This document shows, piece after piece, positions 30,913-44,173 of a DNA stretch of 64,000 bases (the stretch's first letter is position 1; the number at the start of each line of letters is the position of its first letter). This DNA is from an uncultured Gemmatimonadales bacterium. Lineage in GTDB: Bacteria; Gemmatimonadota; Gemmatimonadetes; Longimicrobiales; Gaopeijiaceae. The position numbers and the translations under genes are program-made. Location of the stretch: the NCBI GenBank assembly GCA_963823035.1, contig CAWGKG010000020.1, forward strand, positions 64,001 to 128,000, in the 5' to 3' direction. The notes beneath the pieces were generated by a model that was not told where the DNA came from, did not search any database, and saw only the letters and a list, made by a program, of their open reading frames with translations.

Positions 30913-32107
30913 ATGCCTCTTGAAGTCGTTACCGGTAACCACGCCGCCGGACACGCGCTGTCCGTGGCGGGCGAGGCCAACCGCGGCGCGCGGGGCGCGG
31001 CCTGCGGCATCTATCCGATCACGCCGCAGACGGAGATCGTCGAGCGGGTCGCGGCCTTCCCCTTCACGAAGGGGGCCGTGGTGCCCGTCGAGAGCGAGCA
31101 CTCCGCCATGGGCGTCACGATCGGCGCGTCGCTTTCGGGCGCTCGAGCCTTCACGGCCAGCTCCTCGAACGGTCTGGCGTACATGGTCGAGAACATCATG
31201 GTCGCGGGCTTCTACCGCCTGCCCATCGTCATGGTCGCCGTGAACCGCACGCTCGGGCCGCCGTGGAACATCTGGGCGGACCAGGGCGACACGCTGATGC
31301 TCCGCGACTTCCCATGGGTGCAGCTCTACGCCTCGGACAACCAGGAGGTGCACGACCTCACGCTGTTGGCGTTCCGCCTCGCGGAGGACCACCGCATCCT
31401 CCTCCCGGTGCTCGTGTGCATGGACGCCTTCATCGTCTCGCACACGCAGGGCGAGACCGACATGGCCACGCAGGAGCAGGTGGACCGCTATCTCCCGGAG
31501 CTGGCGCTCCCCCACCGGCTCGACGCCGCTCGCCCGCGCACCATGGGGGGGATGGTCTGGCCGGACCAGACCACGTCGCACCGGATCGAGATCCAGGAGG
31601 CGATGGAGCGCGTACCCGAGGTCTACGAGGAGTGCCGCGCCGAGTTCAGCGGAGGTGTTCGGCCGCGACCCGGGCGGCGCGATCGCGACGTTCGACACGG
31701 AGGACGCCGACACGATCCTCGTGGCTTCCGCCTCGGTGGCCACCACGGCCCGCGAGGTGGTGCGGCGCCGCCGTTCCGAAGGCGAGGCGCTCGGGCTCGT
31801 GAAGATGCGGATGTTCCGGCCGTTCCCGGAGGCCGCCCTGCGCGACGCCTGTACCGCGGCGGAGCGCGTGGGCGTGCTGGACCGCGACTATGCCGCGGGG
31901 ATGGGCGGTGTCTGGTGGCAGGACGTGCGCGCAGCGTTCCAGGCCCACCGCGACGACCTGATGGTGCAGGACTACCTGGTGGGCATAGGCGGCGGTGACG
32001 TGACGCCCGAGTCGGTCGACCGCGTCCTCGAGGATCTGGGCGCGCGAACCGAGGCGGGGCCGCCCGTCTGGAACGACGTGGCCGTCGAGCAGGAGGTGGG
32101 CGCATGA
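30913..32107 (+). CDS. porA: Pyruvate/2-oxoacid:ferredoxin oxidoreductase alpha subunit; frameshift near 31655
   Basis: GNHAA, YPITPQTEI, VESEHSAM, FTASSSNGL, later FRPFP. Confidence 0.88.
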
Positions 32108-33032
32108 GCACGGTGATCGAGGGGCGCGCGAACGGCGGGGTCTTCACCACCATGCCGGAGATCCCCTGCTCGGAGGAGTGCCTGCTCCGGGCGGGCAACA
32201 CCAACTGCGGCGGGTGCGGCATGAGCATCGCGTTGACGATGCTGTCGCGCGCGCTGGCCGAGGCGGGCGACACCTGCTCGCTGGCGATTCCCGCCTGTTG
32301 CGGCGCGGTGACCGCGGGCGCGTTCCCGACCACGAGCTACGGCGTGCCCACGGTCATGACCACGTTCGCGTCGGCCGCGGCGGTGGCCTCCGGGATGGCC
32401 GCGATCCGCGACCTGAACGGGGAGCGCGGGCAGGTGGTGTGCTGGGCGGGTGACGGCGGCACGTACGACATCGGTCTGGCCACCGTGTCCGCCGCCGCCG
32501 AGCGGAACGAGGACATCGTCTACGTCTGCTACGACAACGAGATCTACGGCAACACGGGCGGGCAGCGCTCGTCGGCCACCCCGCCGGGTGCGCGCACCAC
32601 CACGACCCCGAAGGGCAAGCGCGAGGCGAAGAAGGACATGGTGGCGATCATGGCGGCGCATGGCATTCCCTACGCCGCCACGCTGTCGATCGCGCACCCG
32701 ATGGACTTCCGCCGAAAGCTCCTGACCGCCTTCGAGACGCCGGGGATGAAGTTCCTCCTCATCCACTCCCCCTGTCCGACGGGATGGAAGTCCGATCCCG
32801 CCGACTCGGTGGAGCTCGTGCGTCTGGCCGTGCGGTCCGGGCTCTTCCCGCTGTACGAGGTGTTCGACGGCCGGCGTTACCGGATCAACGCGCAGCCCGA
32901 CTGGGCGGATCCGATGGAGTACTTCCGCCGCCAGCGTCGCTTCCGTGAGGAGGAGATCGACCTGGCCGCGACCCGCCGCGTCTGCCGCGAGCGGTACGAG
33001 CGTCTGGCCCATATGGCGGAGGTGTTCCCGGC

Positions 33033-33036
<4 letters not shown>
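32104..33036 (+). CDS. porB: Pyruvate/2-oxoacid:ferredoxin oxidoreductase beta subunit (TPP-binding)
   Basis: CGGCG, GDGGTYDIG, DNEIYGNTGGQRSSATP, SPCPTGW. Confidence 0.9.
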
Positions 33037-35006
<1,970 letters not shown>

Positions 35007-35124
35007 CCGCATCGGGCGGCGGCACGGACCCTGCGGGGGGGTGAGGCGTACGCGCTGACGGTCCTCCCCGGTCGGGAGGGCGGGGGCGGCGCCCCCGATC
35101 GCCACCCACTTCCCCGGATCCACC

Positions 35125-35946
35125 ATGCCCGATCTCGACACCCTGATCAGCCTGATCACGACCACCGTGGCCACCTGGCTTCCGCGGATCGCAGGTGCCC
35201 TGGCCGTCCTCCTGGTCGGCTGGCTGATGGCGAACTGGGCCAAGGCGATCGTCCGCAGGACGATGGCTCGCGCGAACGTCGACGAGACGCTCGTACCGTT
35301 CGCTGCGAGCGTGGTCCACGTGGGCCTCATCGCGCTGGTCGGGATCGCCGCGATCTCCACGCTGGGGGTGCCCGTCGGCTCGTTCGTCGCCGTTCTCGGC
35401 GCCGCCGGCCTCGCGGTCGCCCTGGCGTTCCAGGGCACCTTCTCGAACTTCGCGGCCGGCGTGATGCTCCTCACCTTCCGGCCCTTCAAGCCCGGAGACT
35501 ACGTGGACATCGCCGGCACGGCCGGGACGGTGAAGGAGATCGGCATCTTCACCTGCCTGATGGCCACGCCCGACAACGTCCAGATCCTCGTGCCCAACTC
35601 CGACGTGTTCGGCCAGACCATCAAGAACTACTCGGCCAACGACACGCGCCGCATCGACCTGGTGGTCGGCGTGGGCTACGACGACGACCTGGGCGTCGCC
35701 GTACGCACGTGCATGGACGTGATCACCGCGGACGCGCGCGTCCTCGCCGATCCCGCACCCACCGTGGCCGTGAGCGAGCTGGGCGACTCCTCGGTCAACA
35801 TGGTCGTGCGCCCGTGGGTGAACGCGGGCGACTACTGGGCCACGCGCTGGGACCTGACGCGCGCGCTCAAGGAGAACCTCGAGGCCGCGGGCTGCTCGAT
35901 CCCGTACCCGCAGCGAGACGTGCACCTCTTCCAGGAGGCGAGCTGA
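35125..35946 (+). CDS. mscS: Small-conductance mechanosensitive channel
   Basis: LGAAGLAVALAFQGTFSNFAAG, RPFKPGD, IPYPQRDVH. Confidence 0.93.
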   Translation: MPDLDTLISLITTTVATWLPRIAGALAVLLVGWLMANWAKAIVRRTMARANVDETLVPFAASVVHVGLIALVGIAAISTLGVPVGSFVAVLGAAGLAVALAFQGTFSNFAAGVMLLTFRPFKPGDYVDIAGTAGTVKEIGIFTCLMATPDNVQILVPNSDVFGQTIKNYSANDTRRIDLVVGVGYDDDLGVAVRTCMDVITADARVLADPAPTVAVSELGDSSVNMVVRPWVNAGDYWATRWDLTRALKENLEAAGCSIPYPQRDVHLFQEAS

Positions 35947-35974
35947 GAGATCGGGCGCCGACGCGCCGGACCCG

Positions 35975-38597
35975 TCAGTCGGCGCGCATCGCCTCGACGG
36001 GGTCCGTGCGTGCGGCTCGCGTCGCGGGTACCACCATGGCCAGCAGCGTACACGCAGCCAGCAGGGCGGTCGCGGCCAGGAAGGCGATGGGATGCGCACC
36101 GTCGAGGCCGACGATCCCGGCCTTCAGCAAGCGCAGCCCCGTCCACGCCAGGCCGCCACCCGTGACGAGACCGAGCAGGAGCGTGACGACGCCCCCTCGC
36201 AGCGCGAGCGCGAAGATCGAGCGGCGCTCCGCGCCCAGGCTGATGCGGATGCCGAACTCCCGCACCCGGCGCACGGCGAGTTGGGCGGCCACGCCGTACA
36301 GGCCAACGGCCGCGAGGAGGGCGGCCGTGACGGCGAACGCGGCGAGCAGGACCCCGATCATGCGCTCGCGGGCCACCGCGTCGTGGTAGCCGTCCGCGAC
36401 GGTGGCCATCTTCAGCACGGGGACCTCGGCGTCCACGGAGCGCACGGCCTCGCGAACGCTTCCGGCCACCGCGGAGGGGTCTTCCGTGCGAATCATCACC
36501 ACCCTACCGCCTCCCCGATCCCGTAGCACGTACATCTGGCCGTATCCCGGGTCCGTCGGGCCACCGCGCCCAGATGTCGCGCGCCACACCGACCACGTGC
36601 ATCCACGGCCCGGTCTCGCCCATGCGGAAGCGTCCACCCACGGCGCCCCCGTCGGGGAAGTACTTCTTCGCGGACGACTCCCCGAGGATCATGGGCTCGG
36701 GGTCGGCTCCGACGTCGTCCTCCACGAAGGGTCTCCCCTCGACGACCGACTGGCCGACCGCGGAGAAGTAGCCGGGGTCGACCGAGTTCCCGAAGAGGGG
36801 GATCGCCTTCCCGGCGTCCTCCGTGGGAGGCTGACCCTCGGCGCTCGCCGCGCCGAAGAAGATCCCCGCGGTGGGTGGCGCGCCCGTGGCGATCGTCACT
36901 GCGCGCACGCCGGGAAGGCTCCTGAGCCGAGCGCTCAGGCGTTCCAGCACGTCTTCTCGGGCGGTCTCGTCGGCGAAGCGCCAGTCCGGAAGGCGAAACG
37001 ACACGGCGAGGAGCTCGTCGGCGGCCAGCCCGGGGTCGCGTTGCCGCAGCCGGTTCAGCTCGGCCGTGATCTGGATGGCACCCGCCAGCAGCGCGAAGGA
37101 GAGCGCGATCTCTCCGACGAGAAGGGCGCGGCGGAGCGCCACCGAGTCGCCGCCGGCCGTGCCGGAGCGCTCCGTGAGGACCGCCCCGGGGCGCGTGCGC
37201 ACGCGGCTGAGCAGAGGGATCATGCCGAAGGCCAGAGCGGTGCCGACCGCCGCCGCCACCGCCGCGATCGTCACGGCGGGGTCGAGGCGGAGGCCGTCCA
37301 GGATGCGCAGGTCCTCCGGCCGGAGGCGGTGTACGACGGAGAGCGTGCCCGCGGCGAGGGCGAGCCCCAGCGCGGAGGAGACGAGCGCCAGGAGCGCGCT
37401 CTCCAGGAGCAGCTCGCGCCCGAGGCGGGCCCGGCCCGCGCCCAGCGCCGCACGCACCGCGGTCTCCCGGCGGCGCAGGTCTCCGCGTGCGAGCAGCAGG
37501 TTGGCCACGTTGATGCAGGCGATGAGGAGGAGCAGCAGCGACGGCCGCGCCGACGGCCTTCAGGGGGCTGCGCAGACGTACGGTGGCGAACTCCTCGACG
37601 GGCATGAGGCGGGTCTGCCACCTGACCGGGCCATCCGTGTCCTCGGCGGCCAGGTCGAGGGCGTGCATGCGCTCCTGCGCCTGCTCGACGGTGAGACCCT
37701 CGCGAATCCGCGCGTAGACCTCCTGGCCCCTCGCCTCGGCCTCGGCCGCCAGGGGAAGCCAGACGTCGACGGCGCGATCCGAAGGGTCCGGGGCGCCCAG
37801 CCCCTGGGGAGCCACGCCGACGACCGTGCGCGCCTCCCCCTCGAGCGTCAGCGTGCGCCCGAGGACGTCGCCATCGCCTCCGAAGGCGCGTCTCCAGTAG
37901 CCCTCGGAGAGCACCACCACCCGCGCGCCGTCGCCGGCGAGGTCGGCAGGAGTGAAGAAGCGCCCGAGCAACGGGGGCAGGCCGGCGAGCCTGGGCAGCT
38001 CCTCGTCGATGTAGGCTCCGCGGAGCATCCGGGGACCCTCGTCCGTCGAGCGCGCGATGTCGCCCCAGCTCACCCCGGCCACCCCGTCGAAGGCGTCCGA
38101 GGTGCGGACGCGATCGCGGGTCTCCGTGTCCGGGCTCAGCATCATCCCGCTGTCCTGCGAGCGCCAGATCATCACGATGCGATCGCTGCCGGGGAAGTCG
38201 ATCGGGCGCAGGATCACCCGGTCGACGAACGCCGCGAAGGTGATCGTGGCGCCCACCCCCAGGGCCAGCGTTCCGGCCGCGAAGGCCGAGAAGCCGGGGC
38301 TGCGCCGAAGGGAGCGAAGCGCGCTCTTCATGTCGTCCCACCACCCGTTGCCACCCATGGCGCCCCCCCTGTTGGATCCCGTCGTCCTCAGCCGCGCTCC
38401 GGTGCGGGCGAGGTCCCACGCCTCTTCGGCCCACGCCAGCGGCACGCGCCATCGCCCGCGCCTGCGCTCGTCACGCAGACGCTCGCGGAACACCCGCTCC
38501 ATCTCCGTCCCGTGCCTTTCCCGCAGGACGCGCGGAAGGAAGAGCCGGAGCAGGCCATGGAGGCGCGAGGGCGCGTCCGGTCGCACGGGCCGCTCAC
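35975..38597 (-). CDS. Duplicated MacB/FtsX-type orphan permease (ADOP-like) #1, prefix type A; frameshifted
   Basis: LRRSPGFS...[17 protein letters not shown]...VRAALGAGR, REFGIRISLGA, AARTDPVEAMRAD; GTGA overlap with padR. Confidence 0.88.
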
Positions 38598-38929
38598 CCG
38601 TCCCGAGCGGGGATGAGACCGTGTCGGCGCGCGTCCGCAAGCAGGCGATCCATCCGCGCGGCCTCGGCCGCCACGGCCGCCCGACCGCCGGCCGTGATCC
38701 GGTAGTATCGACGCCGCGCGTCGTCGTCCCCCGCCGGCCGATCGCTCGACTCCTCGATGAGGCCCCCCTCCATCAGCCTTTGAAGCGCCGCGTAGAGGCT
38801 TCCGGTTCCGGGCACGAGGTGGCCGTCGCTACGCTCCTCGATCTCGCGCATGAGCGCGTATCCGTGGAGGTCCTCCCGGCCGAGCGAGACCAGGATCGCC
38901 ATCGACAGAGGGCGTCAGGGGGGAGTCAT
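38594..38929 (-). CDS. PadR-family regulator #1
   Basis: MAILVSL...LHGYALMREI...GTGSLYAALQRL...RRRYYRIT. The 5' end has an in-frame TGA between C-homopolymers (probable compensating indels). Confidence 0.9.
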
Positions 38930-38940
38930 GTGGCATCAGG

Positions 38941-38976
38941 ATATTCCGATGAGAACTATAACGATGAACGGAATAT
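38941..38976. promoter_or_regulatory. Candidate PadR #1 operator
   Basis: Inverted repeat ATATTCCG-N20-CGGAATAT in an AT-rich island just upstream of padR. Confidence 0.55.
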
Positions 38977-39122
38977 TGGCGGCAGCGTCGGACCACGCAA
39001 CCCGGGCGTTGCGGCCGCGCGACGCTCTTTTCCGTAACCGTCCGCCGGGCCTATACTTGAGGGATGACCTCGATGGCTCCGCGGCGGGGCGCCGCGATCT
39101 ACCTGCGATATCCGGAGTTCCC

Positions 39123-39812
39123 ATGAAGAAGGGCCTGCTCGTCCTCACCGGCGCGGCATTGCTCGCGCTTCCCGTCACGGCCTCGGCCCAGGGCTTCGGC
39201 GTGGCCGCCCGGGCCGGCACGCTCGGGCTCGGTGCGGAGGCCGCGCTCGGCCTTTCCGACAACCTCGTCGTGCGCGGCGGACTCGGCCTCTTTCCGATCG
39301 AGACCGACGCCACGCGATTCTGGGACATCGGCCAGGGCGTGGACGCGACGCTCAAGTTCCCCGACACCTGGTACAACGTCGGACTCGACCTCTACCTGGG
39401 CGGCAGCTTCCGCATCGGCGGGGGGATGCTGTACAAGCCGGACAACCCGACCATCACCGCGACGCTGCAGCCCTCCGGCGAGATCGACATCGGCGGACAG
39501 ACCTATGGGGTGGACGAGGTCTCGGAGGTGGTGGGGTCGCTCTCCACCAAGGCCTCCGCTCCCTACGTGCTGATCGGCTTCGGGAAGCACACGAGCCCGG
39601 GCGTCGGCCTCTTCCTGGACCTGGGTGTCGCGTTCATGGGGGACTCCCAGGTGACGCTCGAGGCCACGAAGGGGAACGAGCTCCTCATCGGCAGCGAGGC
39701 GTTCCAGCAGAGGCTCCGCCAGGAGGAGCAGAACCTGGACGGCGACCTCCCCGCGTGGGCCAAGAAGTACTGGCCGATCGCGAGCATCGGGCTGCGCATC
39801 GGGCTCGGCTAG
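39123..39812 (+). CDS. Hypothetical exported outer-membrane beta-barrel-like protein
   Basis: Signal peptide ending ASA-Q; RAGTLGLGAE, APYVLIGFG, amphipathic C-terminal strand WPIASIGLRIGL. Confidence 0.65.
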   Translation: MKKGLLVLTGAALLALPVTASAQGFGVAARAGTLGLGAEAALGLSDNLVVRGGLGLFPIETDATRFWDIGQGVDATLKFPDTWYNVGLDLYLGGSFRIGGGMLYKPDNPTITATLQPSGEIDIGGQTYGVDEVSEVVGSLSTKASAPYVLIGFGKHTSPGVGLFLDLGVAFMGDSQVTLEATKGNELLIGSEAFQQRLRQEEQNLDGDLPAWAKKYWPIASIGLRIGLG

Positions 39813-39825
39813 CCCAGTCGCGGGA

Positions 39826-40230
39826 TCAGTCCTCGAGCACGCCCGCCACGGCGGAGAGGAGCTCGGGGATCTCGAACGGCTTCGCCAGGAAGGGCACGCC
39901 GTCCCGCTCGAGCTCCCGCCGGAAGGAGTCGGGGCTCGAATAGCCCGACATGTACAGCACGGGCGTGTCGGGGCGCCGCGCGAGCAGCGTGTTGGCCGCC
40001 TCCCGTCCCCCGAGTCCCGGGAGCACCAGGTCGCACAGGATGAGGTGGATCGGACCGCTCCGGGACTTCAGGAGATCGAGCGCCTCCATCGCGTTGCCCG
40101 CCTCCACCACGTCGAAGTCGTGGAGTACCAGCGCACGCCGGATCGACGAACGCACACTGTCGTCGTCGTCCAGGATGAGCACGGTTCTCTTGCGGCCGCG
40201 CACCTGGACGGACTCCGTCTCAGCCGTCAT
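39826..40230 (-). CDS. Stand-alone response regulator receiver domain
   Basis: VLILDDD, LILCDLVLP, MSGY, FLAKPF. Confidence 0.88.
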   Translation of the reverse strand: MTAETESVQVRGRKRTVLILDDDDSVRSSIRRALVLHDFDVVEAGNAMEALDLLKSRSGPIHLILCDLVLPGLGGREAANTLLARRPDTPVLYMSGYSSPDSFRRELERDGVPFLAKPFEIPELLSAVAGVLED

Positions 40231-40363
40231 CGTGCCTTCCCGTTCACGGTGGGGGGCGGGATGATCAATAGTGACCCCGCCCGCAGCCCCGCGAAAGCTC
40301 CGGGGGATCGGGACGGCGCGAATCCCCGGCCCGGCGGCCCCCAACCCCTGACCCGAGACCGAC

Positions 40364-41047
40364 ATGAGCGCACCGATGAGCGAGCACCGGTTCACGGCCA
40401 CGAACTCCACCGGTGAGGTGGGGGCGGTACTCATGCGGCCCTCGGCCGCGCGGGCACTCTACGTGTTCGGGCACGGCGCCGGTGCCGGAATGCGCCACAC
40501 CTTCATGGCGGCGGCAGCGGCCGCCCTGGCGGCGCGGGACATCGCGACGCTCCGCTATCACTTCCCCTACATGGAGGCCGGCCGCCGCGGACCGAACCCG
40601 GCCCCGGTGCTGGTCAAGACGGTGCGCTCCGCCGTGGCGGAGGCCGCGCGGCTGGCGCCGGACCTGCCGCTGCTGGCGGGGGGGAAGTCGATGGGTGGCC
40701 GCATGACGAGCACGGCCGCCGCGTCCGAGGCGCTCCCCGGCGTCCGGGGGCTGGCCTTCTTCGGATTCCCCCTCCACGCCGCCGGACGGCCCTCGGCCGA
40801 CAGGGGAGCGCACCTGAAGGACGTCCGGTTGCCGATGCTCTTCCTGCAGGGGACACGCGACAACCTCGCCGACCTCTCCCTTCTCGAGCCGCTGCTCTCC
40901 GAAGTCCGTCCCGCCCCCGAGCTGCACGTGGTCGAGGGCGCCGACCACGGTTTCCACGTCCTCAAGCGCTCCGGGCGGACGGACGTCGAGGTGCTCGAGG
41001 AGCTCGCGGACGCCTTCGCACGCTGGGCGGGCGGTTTGACGGGGTAG
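40364..41047 (+). CDS. Alpha/beta hydrolase (KANSL3/Tex30-like)
   Basis: HGAGAG, GGKSMGGR, QGTRD, GADHGF. Confidence 0.88.
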   Translation: MSAPMSEHRFTATNSTGEVGAVLMRPSAARALYVFGHGAGAGMRHTFMAAAAAALAARDIATLRYHFPYMEAGRRGPNPAPVLVKTVRSAVAEAARLAPDLPLLAGGKSMGGRMTSTAAASEALPGVRGLAFFGFPLHAAGRPSADRGAHLKDVRLPMLFLQGTRDNLADLSLLEPLLSEVRPAPELHVVEGADHGFHVLKRSGRTDVEVLEELADAFARWAGGLTG

Positions 41048-41053
41048 CGCGAG

Positions 41054-43705
41054 CTACTCGGCCGACAGCGCGCGCACGGGATCGACGCGCGCCGCCCTGC
41101 TTGCCGGGATCCACAGGCCGAGGAAGGAGACGCCAGCGAGGATCAGCGTCACCAGGCCGAAGATCCGTGGATCGCGGGCGCTCACCCCCACGAGGATGCT
41201 GCCCATCAGACGTGCCAGCGCCAGGGCGGCGACCAGCCCGAGCGCCAGCCCCACGGCCGCCCGTCGCCCGCCCTGGGCCACGACCATGCGCACGACGTCC
41301 GCGCGCTCGGCGCCCATCGCGAGGCGCACGCCGATCTCCCCCGTGCGCCGCCCGGCCGCGTAGGCCGTGACGCCGTAGATGCCGACGGCGCCCAGCAGGA
41401 GCGAGAGGAGCGCGAAGGTGGCCATGAGGTTGCCGATCACGGCGAACCCGCCGAGGCGCCGCCGTACGACCGCGGTCATCGTCTCGATCCCGTAGAGGGG
41501 GATCTCCGGGTCCACCGACCAGACCGCGCTCTGGAGCGCGGGCACGATGTCGGTGGGCGCGCCCTTGGTCCGCACCACCAACGAGCGCGTCGCGACCGAT
41601 CGCTGCGAGAGGGAGGCGTAGAGGGACGGCTCCGGGGGGCGGGAAACGCTCCGCTCCAACATGTCGTGGACGATGCCCACGATCGGCACCGGCGTGCCGA
41701 CGGCGCCCACGAGGACCGACTGGGCCAGGGGGTCGGCGCCTTCCGGAAGGTACTGGCGCACGAAGGCCTCGTTGACCACCGCAACCGGAGGCGCGTCCGG
41801 GCCGTCGCCTTCGCGCAGGGGACGACCCTGCACCATGCGGAAGCGGAGCGCGTCGAACAGCCCGGGTGACGCGTAGGTGAGCCGCACGACCCGCCGGGTC
41901 TCGTCCGCGCCCACGATCCGGACCTCGTCGGCCCAGTTCGAGCCCATGAGGGGGTGGCTCTGCGTGCTGCCGACCGCCACCACGCCGGGAAGGGCACGCA
42001 CCCGCCCCTCCACCGCGTCCCAGAAGGCCCGCACCTCGTCGTCGGTGCCGTAGACGGCGTGCGGGGGCGCGATGCGCACCACGAGCACGTTCTCGGGATC
42101 GAAGCCGAAGTCCTGGCTGCGCATCGCCGCCAGGCTCTTCATGAGGAGCCCGCCTCCCACCAGGAGCACCACGGCCAGCGCCGTCTGTGCGACCACCAAC
42201 GTGCCGCCGATCCGGCCCGCGCGCCTGCTCGTCACGGAACGGCCCCCCTCACGCATCGCCTGCACGGCGCTCCCCGACACCCGCAGGGCGGGCACGAGGC
42301 CGAAGACGAGGGCGGAGAGGGCCGTGACGGCGACGACGAACGCGAGGACGGTGCCGTCCATCCCGAAGGTGAACACCGGGGGGATGTTGCTGGGCAGGCC
42401 GGCGACGATGGCGCGGTATCCCCAGACGGCGAGCAGCGTCCCCAGGCCGGCGCCGACCACGGCCAGGACGAGGCTCTCGGTCAGGAGCTGGCGCACCACG
42501 CGGACGCGCCCCGCGCCGAGCGCCGTGCGCACGGCGAGCTCGGTCGACCGCGCCTCACCCCGGGCGAGGAGCAGGTTGGCGACGTTCACGCAGGCCATGA
42601 GCAGCACGAAGAGGACAGCCACCATCAGCACCGCGGACGCTCGGGCGGCCACGTCGCCCACCAGGTCCTGGTGGGTGGACACCAGGCTCACCCCCCAACC
42701 GTGGTTCGTGTCGGGGTGCTCGTTCCCCAACTCCGCGGAGATCGCGTCGACCTCGCGGCGGGCCGCGTCGAGCGTCGCCCCGGGCGCCAGCCGGGCGACG
42801 GCCTTGGCGTAGTGCCCGCCCCGGGCCGACAGGTCGGGGCGCTCCGTGAGCGGGAGGAACGCGTCCGGCTGTTGGTCCAGGAAGCGGAAGTCCGCCGGAA
42901 GCACACCCACCACCGTGAAGGCGTTTCCGTCCAGGGTGAGCTGGGACCCGAGCACGTCGGGGCTCCGGCCGAAGCGCCGCTCCCAGAACCCGTCGGTGAG
43001 CACGGCCACCCGGTGGTCCGCGCCGAAGTCGTCCTCGGCGAAGCCTCGCCCGACCGCAGGCTCGCGGCCCAGGAGATCGAACACGTTGGGGGTGGTACGG
43101 ACCGCCTGGACCAGCTCGGGCTCCCCGGAGCCCGTCATGTTCAGCCCGTCGTCGTAGTAGACCATGGCGTCGGCGAGGGTGTGCGCGCGGGCGCGCAGGT
43201 CCCAGATGTCGGCCGGTCCCACGTCGGTATCGTAGTAACCCAGCTCCGGGTTGACGGCGCTGATCGTGACGAGCTCGTCCGGCGCGTCGTACGGGAGGGG
43301 CGCCAGCACGAACCCCTTCACGACCGTGAACACGGCGGCGTTCGCGCCGATGCCGAGCGCCATCGTCAGGACGGCGGTCGCCGCGAACACCGGCCTCTTC
43401 GCGAACCCGCGCAGCGCGAACCGCACGTCGGCGATGAACGTTCCCATGATCTCGCTCCCTCCCCCGATCCGATGGCTCGATGGGCCCTTCCACCGAAGGG
43501 CCAGCCCATGTCCGAGCGCGTCCGCGACCGCGCCGATCCAGCAGCCCATCCTTCCCACCCGACCCCGACGCGCCGCGTCCCGTCGGAGGAGCGCGAGGAA
43601 GGCCTCCTCCATCTCGGACCCGAAGCGCTCGCGGTGCTCGGCCGGCCAGACACGCAGCAGCAGGCGGTAGGCGCGCCGCGCGCGCCGCTCGTCGCGCACG
43701 GTCAT
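41054..43705 (-). CDS. ADOP-like orphan permease #2, prefix type A (intact)
   Basis: Continuous frame: RRAYRLLLRVWPAEHRERFGSEM prefix, [56 protein letters not shown] overlap with padR. Confidence 0.93.
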   Translation of the reverse strand: MTVRDERRARRAYRLLLRVWPAEHRERFGSEMEEAFLALLRRDAARRGRVGRMGCWIGAVADALGHGLALRWKGPSSHRIGGGSEIMGTFIADVRFALRGFAKRPVFAATAVLTMALGIGANAAVFTVVKGFVLAPLPYDAPDELVTISAVNPELGYYDTDVGPADIWDLRARAHTLADAMVYYDDGLNMTGSGEPELVQAVRTTPNVFDLLGREPAVGRGFAEDDFGADHRVAVLTDGFWERRFGRSPDVLGSQLTLDGNAFTVVGVLPADFRFLDQQPDAFLPLTERPDLSARGGHYAKAVARLAPGATLDAARREVDAISAELGNEHPDTNHGWGVSLVSTHQDLVGDVAARASAVLMVAVLFVLLMACVNVANLLLARGEARSTELAVRTALGAGRVRVVRQLLTESLVLAVVGAGLGTLLAVWGYRAIVAGLPSNIPPVFTFGMDGTVLAFVVAVTALSALVFGLVPALRVSGSAVQAMREGGRSVTSRRAGRIGGTLVVAQTALAVVLLVGGGLLMKSLAAMRSQDFGFDPENVLVVRIAPPHAVYGTDDEVRAFWDAVEGRVRALPGVVAVGSTQSHPLMGSNWADEVRIVGADETRRVVRLTYASPGLFDALRFRMVQGRPLREGDGPDAPPVAVVNEAFVRQYLPEGADPLAQSVLVGAVGTPVPIVGIVHDMLERSVSRPPEPSLYASLSQRSVATRSLVVRTKGAPTDIVPALQSAVWSVDPEIPLYGIETMTAVVRRRLGGFAVIGNLMATFALLSLLLGAVGIYGVTAYAAGRRTGEIGVRLAMGAERADVVRMVVAQGGRRAAVGLALGLVAALALARLMGSILVGVSARDPRIFGLVTLILAGVSFLGLWIPASRAARVDPVRALSAE

Positions 43706-44049
43706 ACCTGGCGGGGCTCCCCGCCCACGCGCTTCGCACGCGCCACGCGTACGAACGTGGCCATGCGCTCGACCTCCTCGTGCAGCGCGAGGCGGCCCTC
43801 GCGGGTGATCGCGTAGAACCGTCGCCTGCCTCCCTCCGTCGGCGCGTCCGGGGGCGGGTCCACCTCCTCGACCAGCCCCCGCTCGGCCATCGCGCGGAGG
43901 GAGCCGTAGAGCATCCCCGGCCAGAGGCGGACGGTGCCGTCCGTGCGCTCGAGGACCTCCTCCATGATCGCCGTGCCGTGGAGTGGCGCGTCGGCGACCG
44001 ACAGGAGGATGTGGAACCACTGCGGCTTCAGGCTGTCGCTGTCGGGCAT
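43702..44049 (-). CDS. PadR-family regulator #2
   Basis: LKPQWFHILLSV...LHGTAIMEEV...LWPGMLYGSL...RRRFYAIT. Confidence 0.9.
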   Translation of the reverse strand: MPDSDSLKPQWFHILLSVADAPLHGTAIMEEVLERTDGTVRLWPGMLYGSLRAMAERGLVEEVDPPPDAPTEGGRRRFYAITREGRLALHEEVERMATFVRVARAKRVGGEPRQV

Positions 44050-44082
44050 GCTCTGCCGCCTGGTAGGGGCGCGGGGACGGAG

Positions 44083-44125
44083 TCGTAGCCTCATCGCTAC
44101 GATACGCTATATATACGGAAGCGTA
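44083..44125. promoter_or_regulatory. Candidate PadR #2 operator(s)
   Basis: TCGTAGC-N6-GCTACGA (44083-44102) next to TACGCT-N11-AGCGTA (44103-44125). Confidence 0.55.
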
Positions 44126-44173
44126 GCAATAAGGGTTTCAGGATCCGGGCCTGCGACGCTACCACCGGGAAGC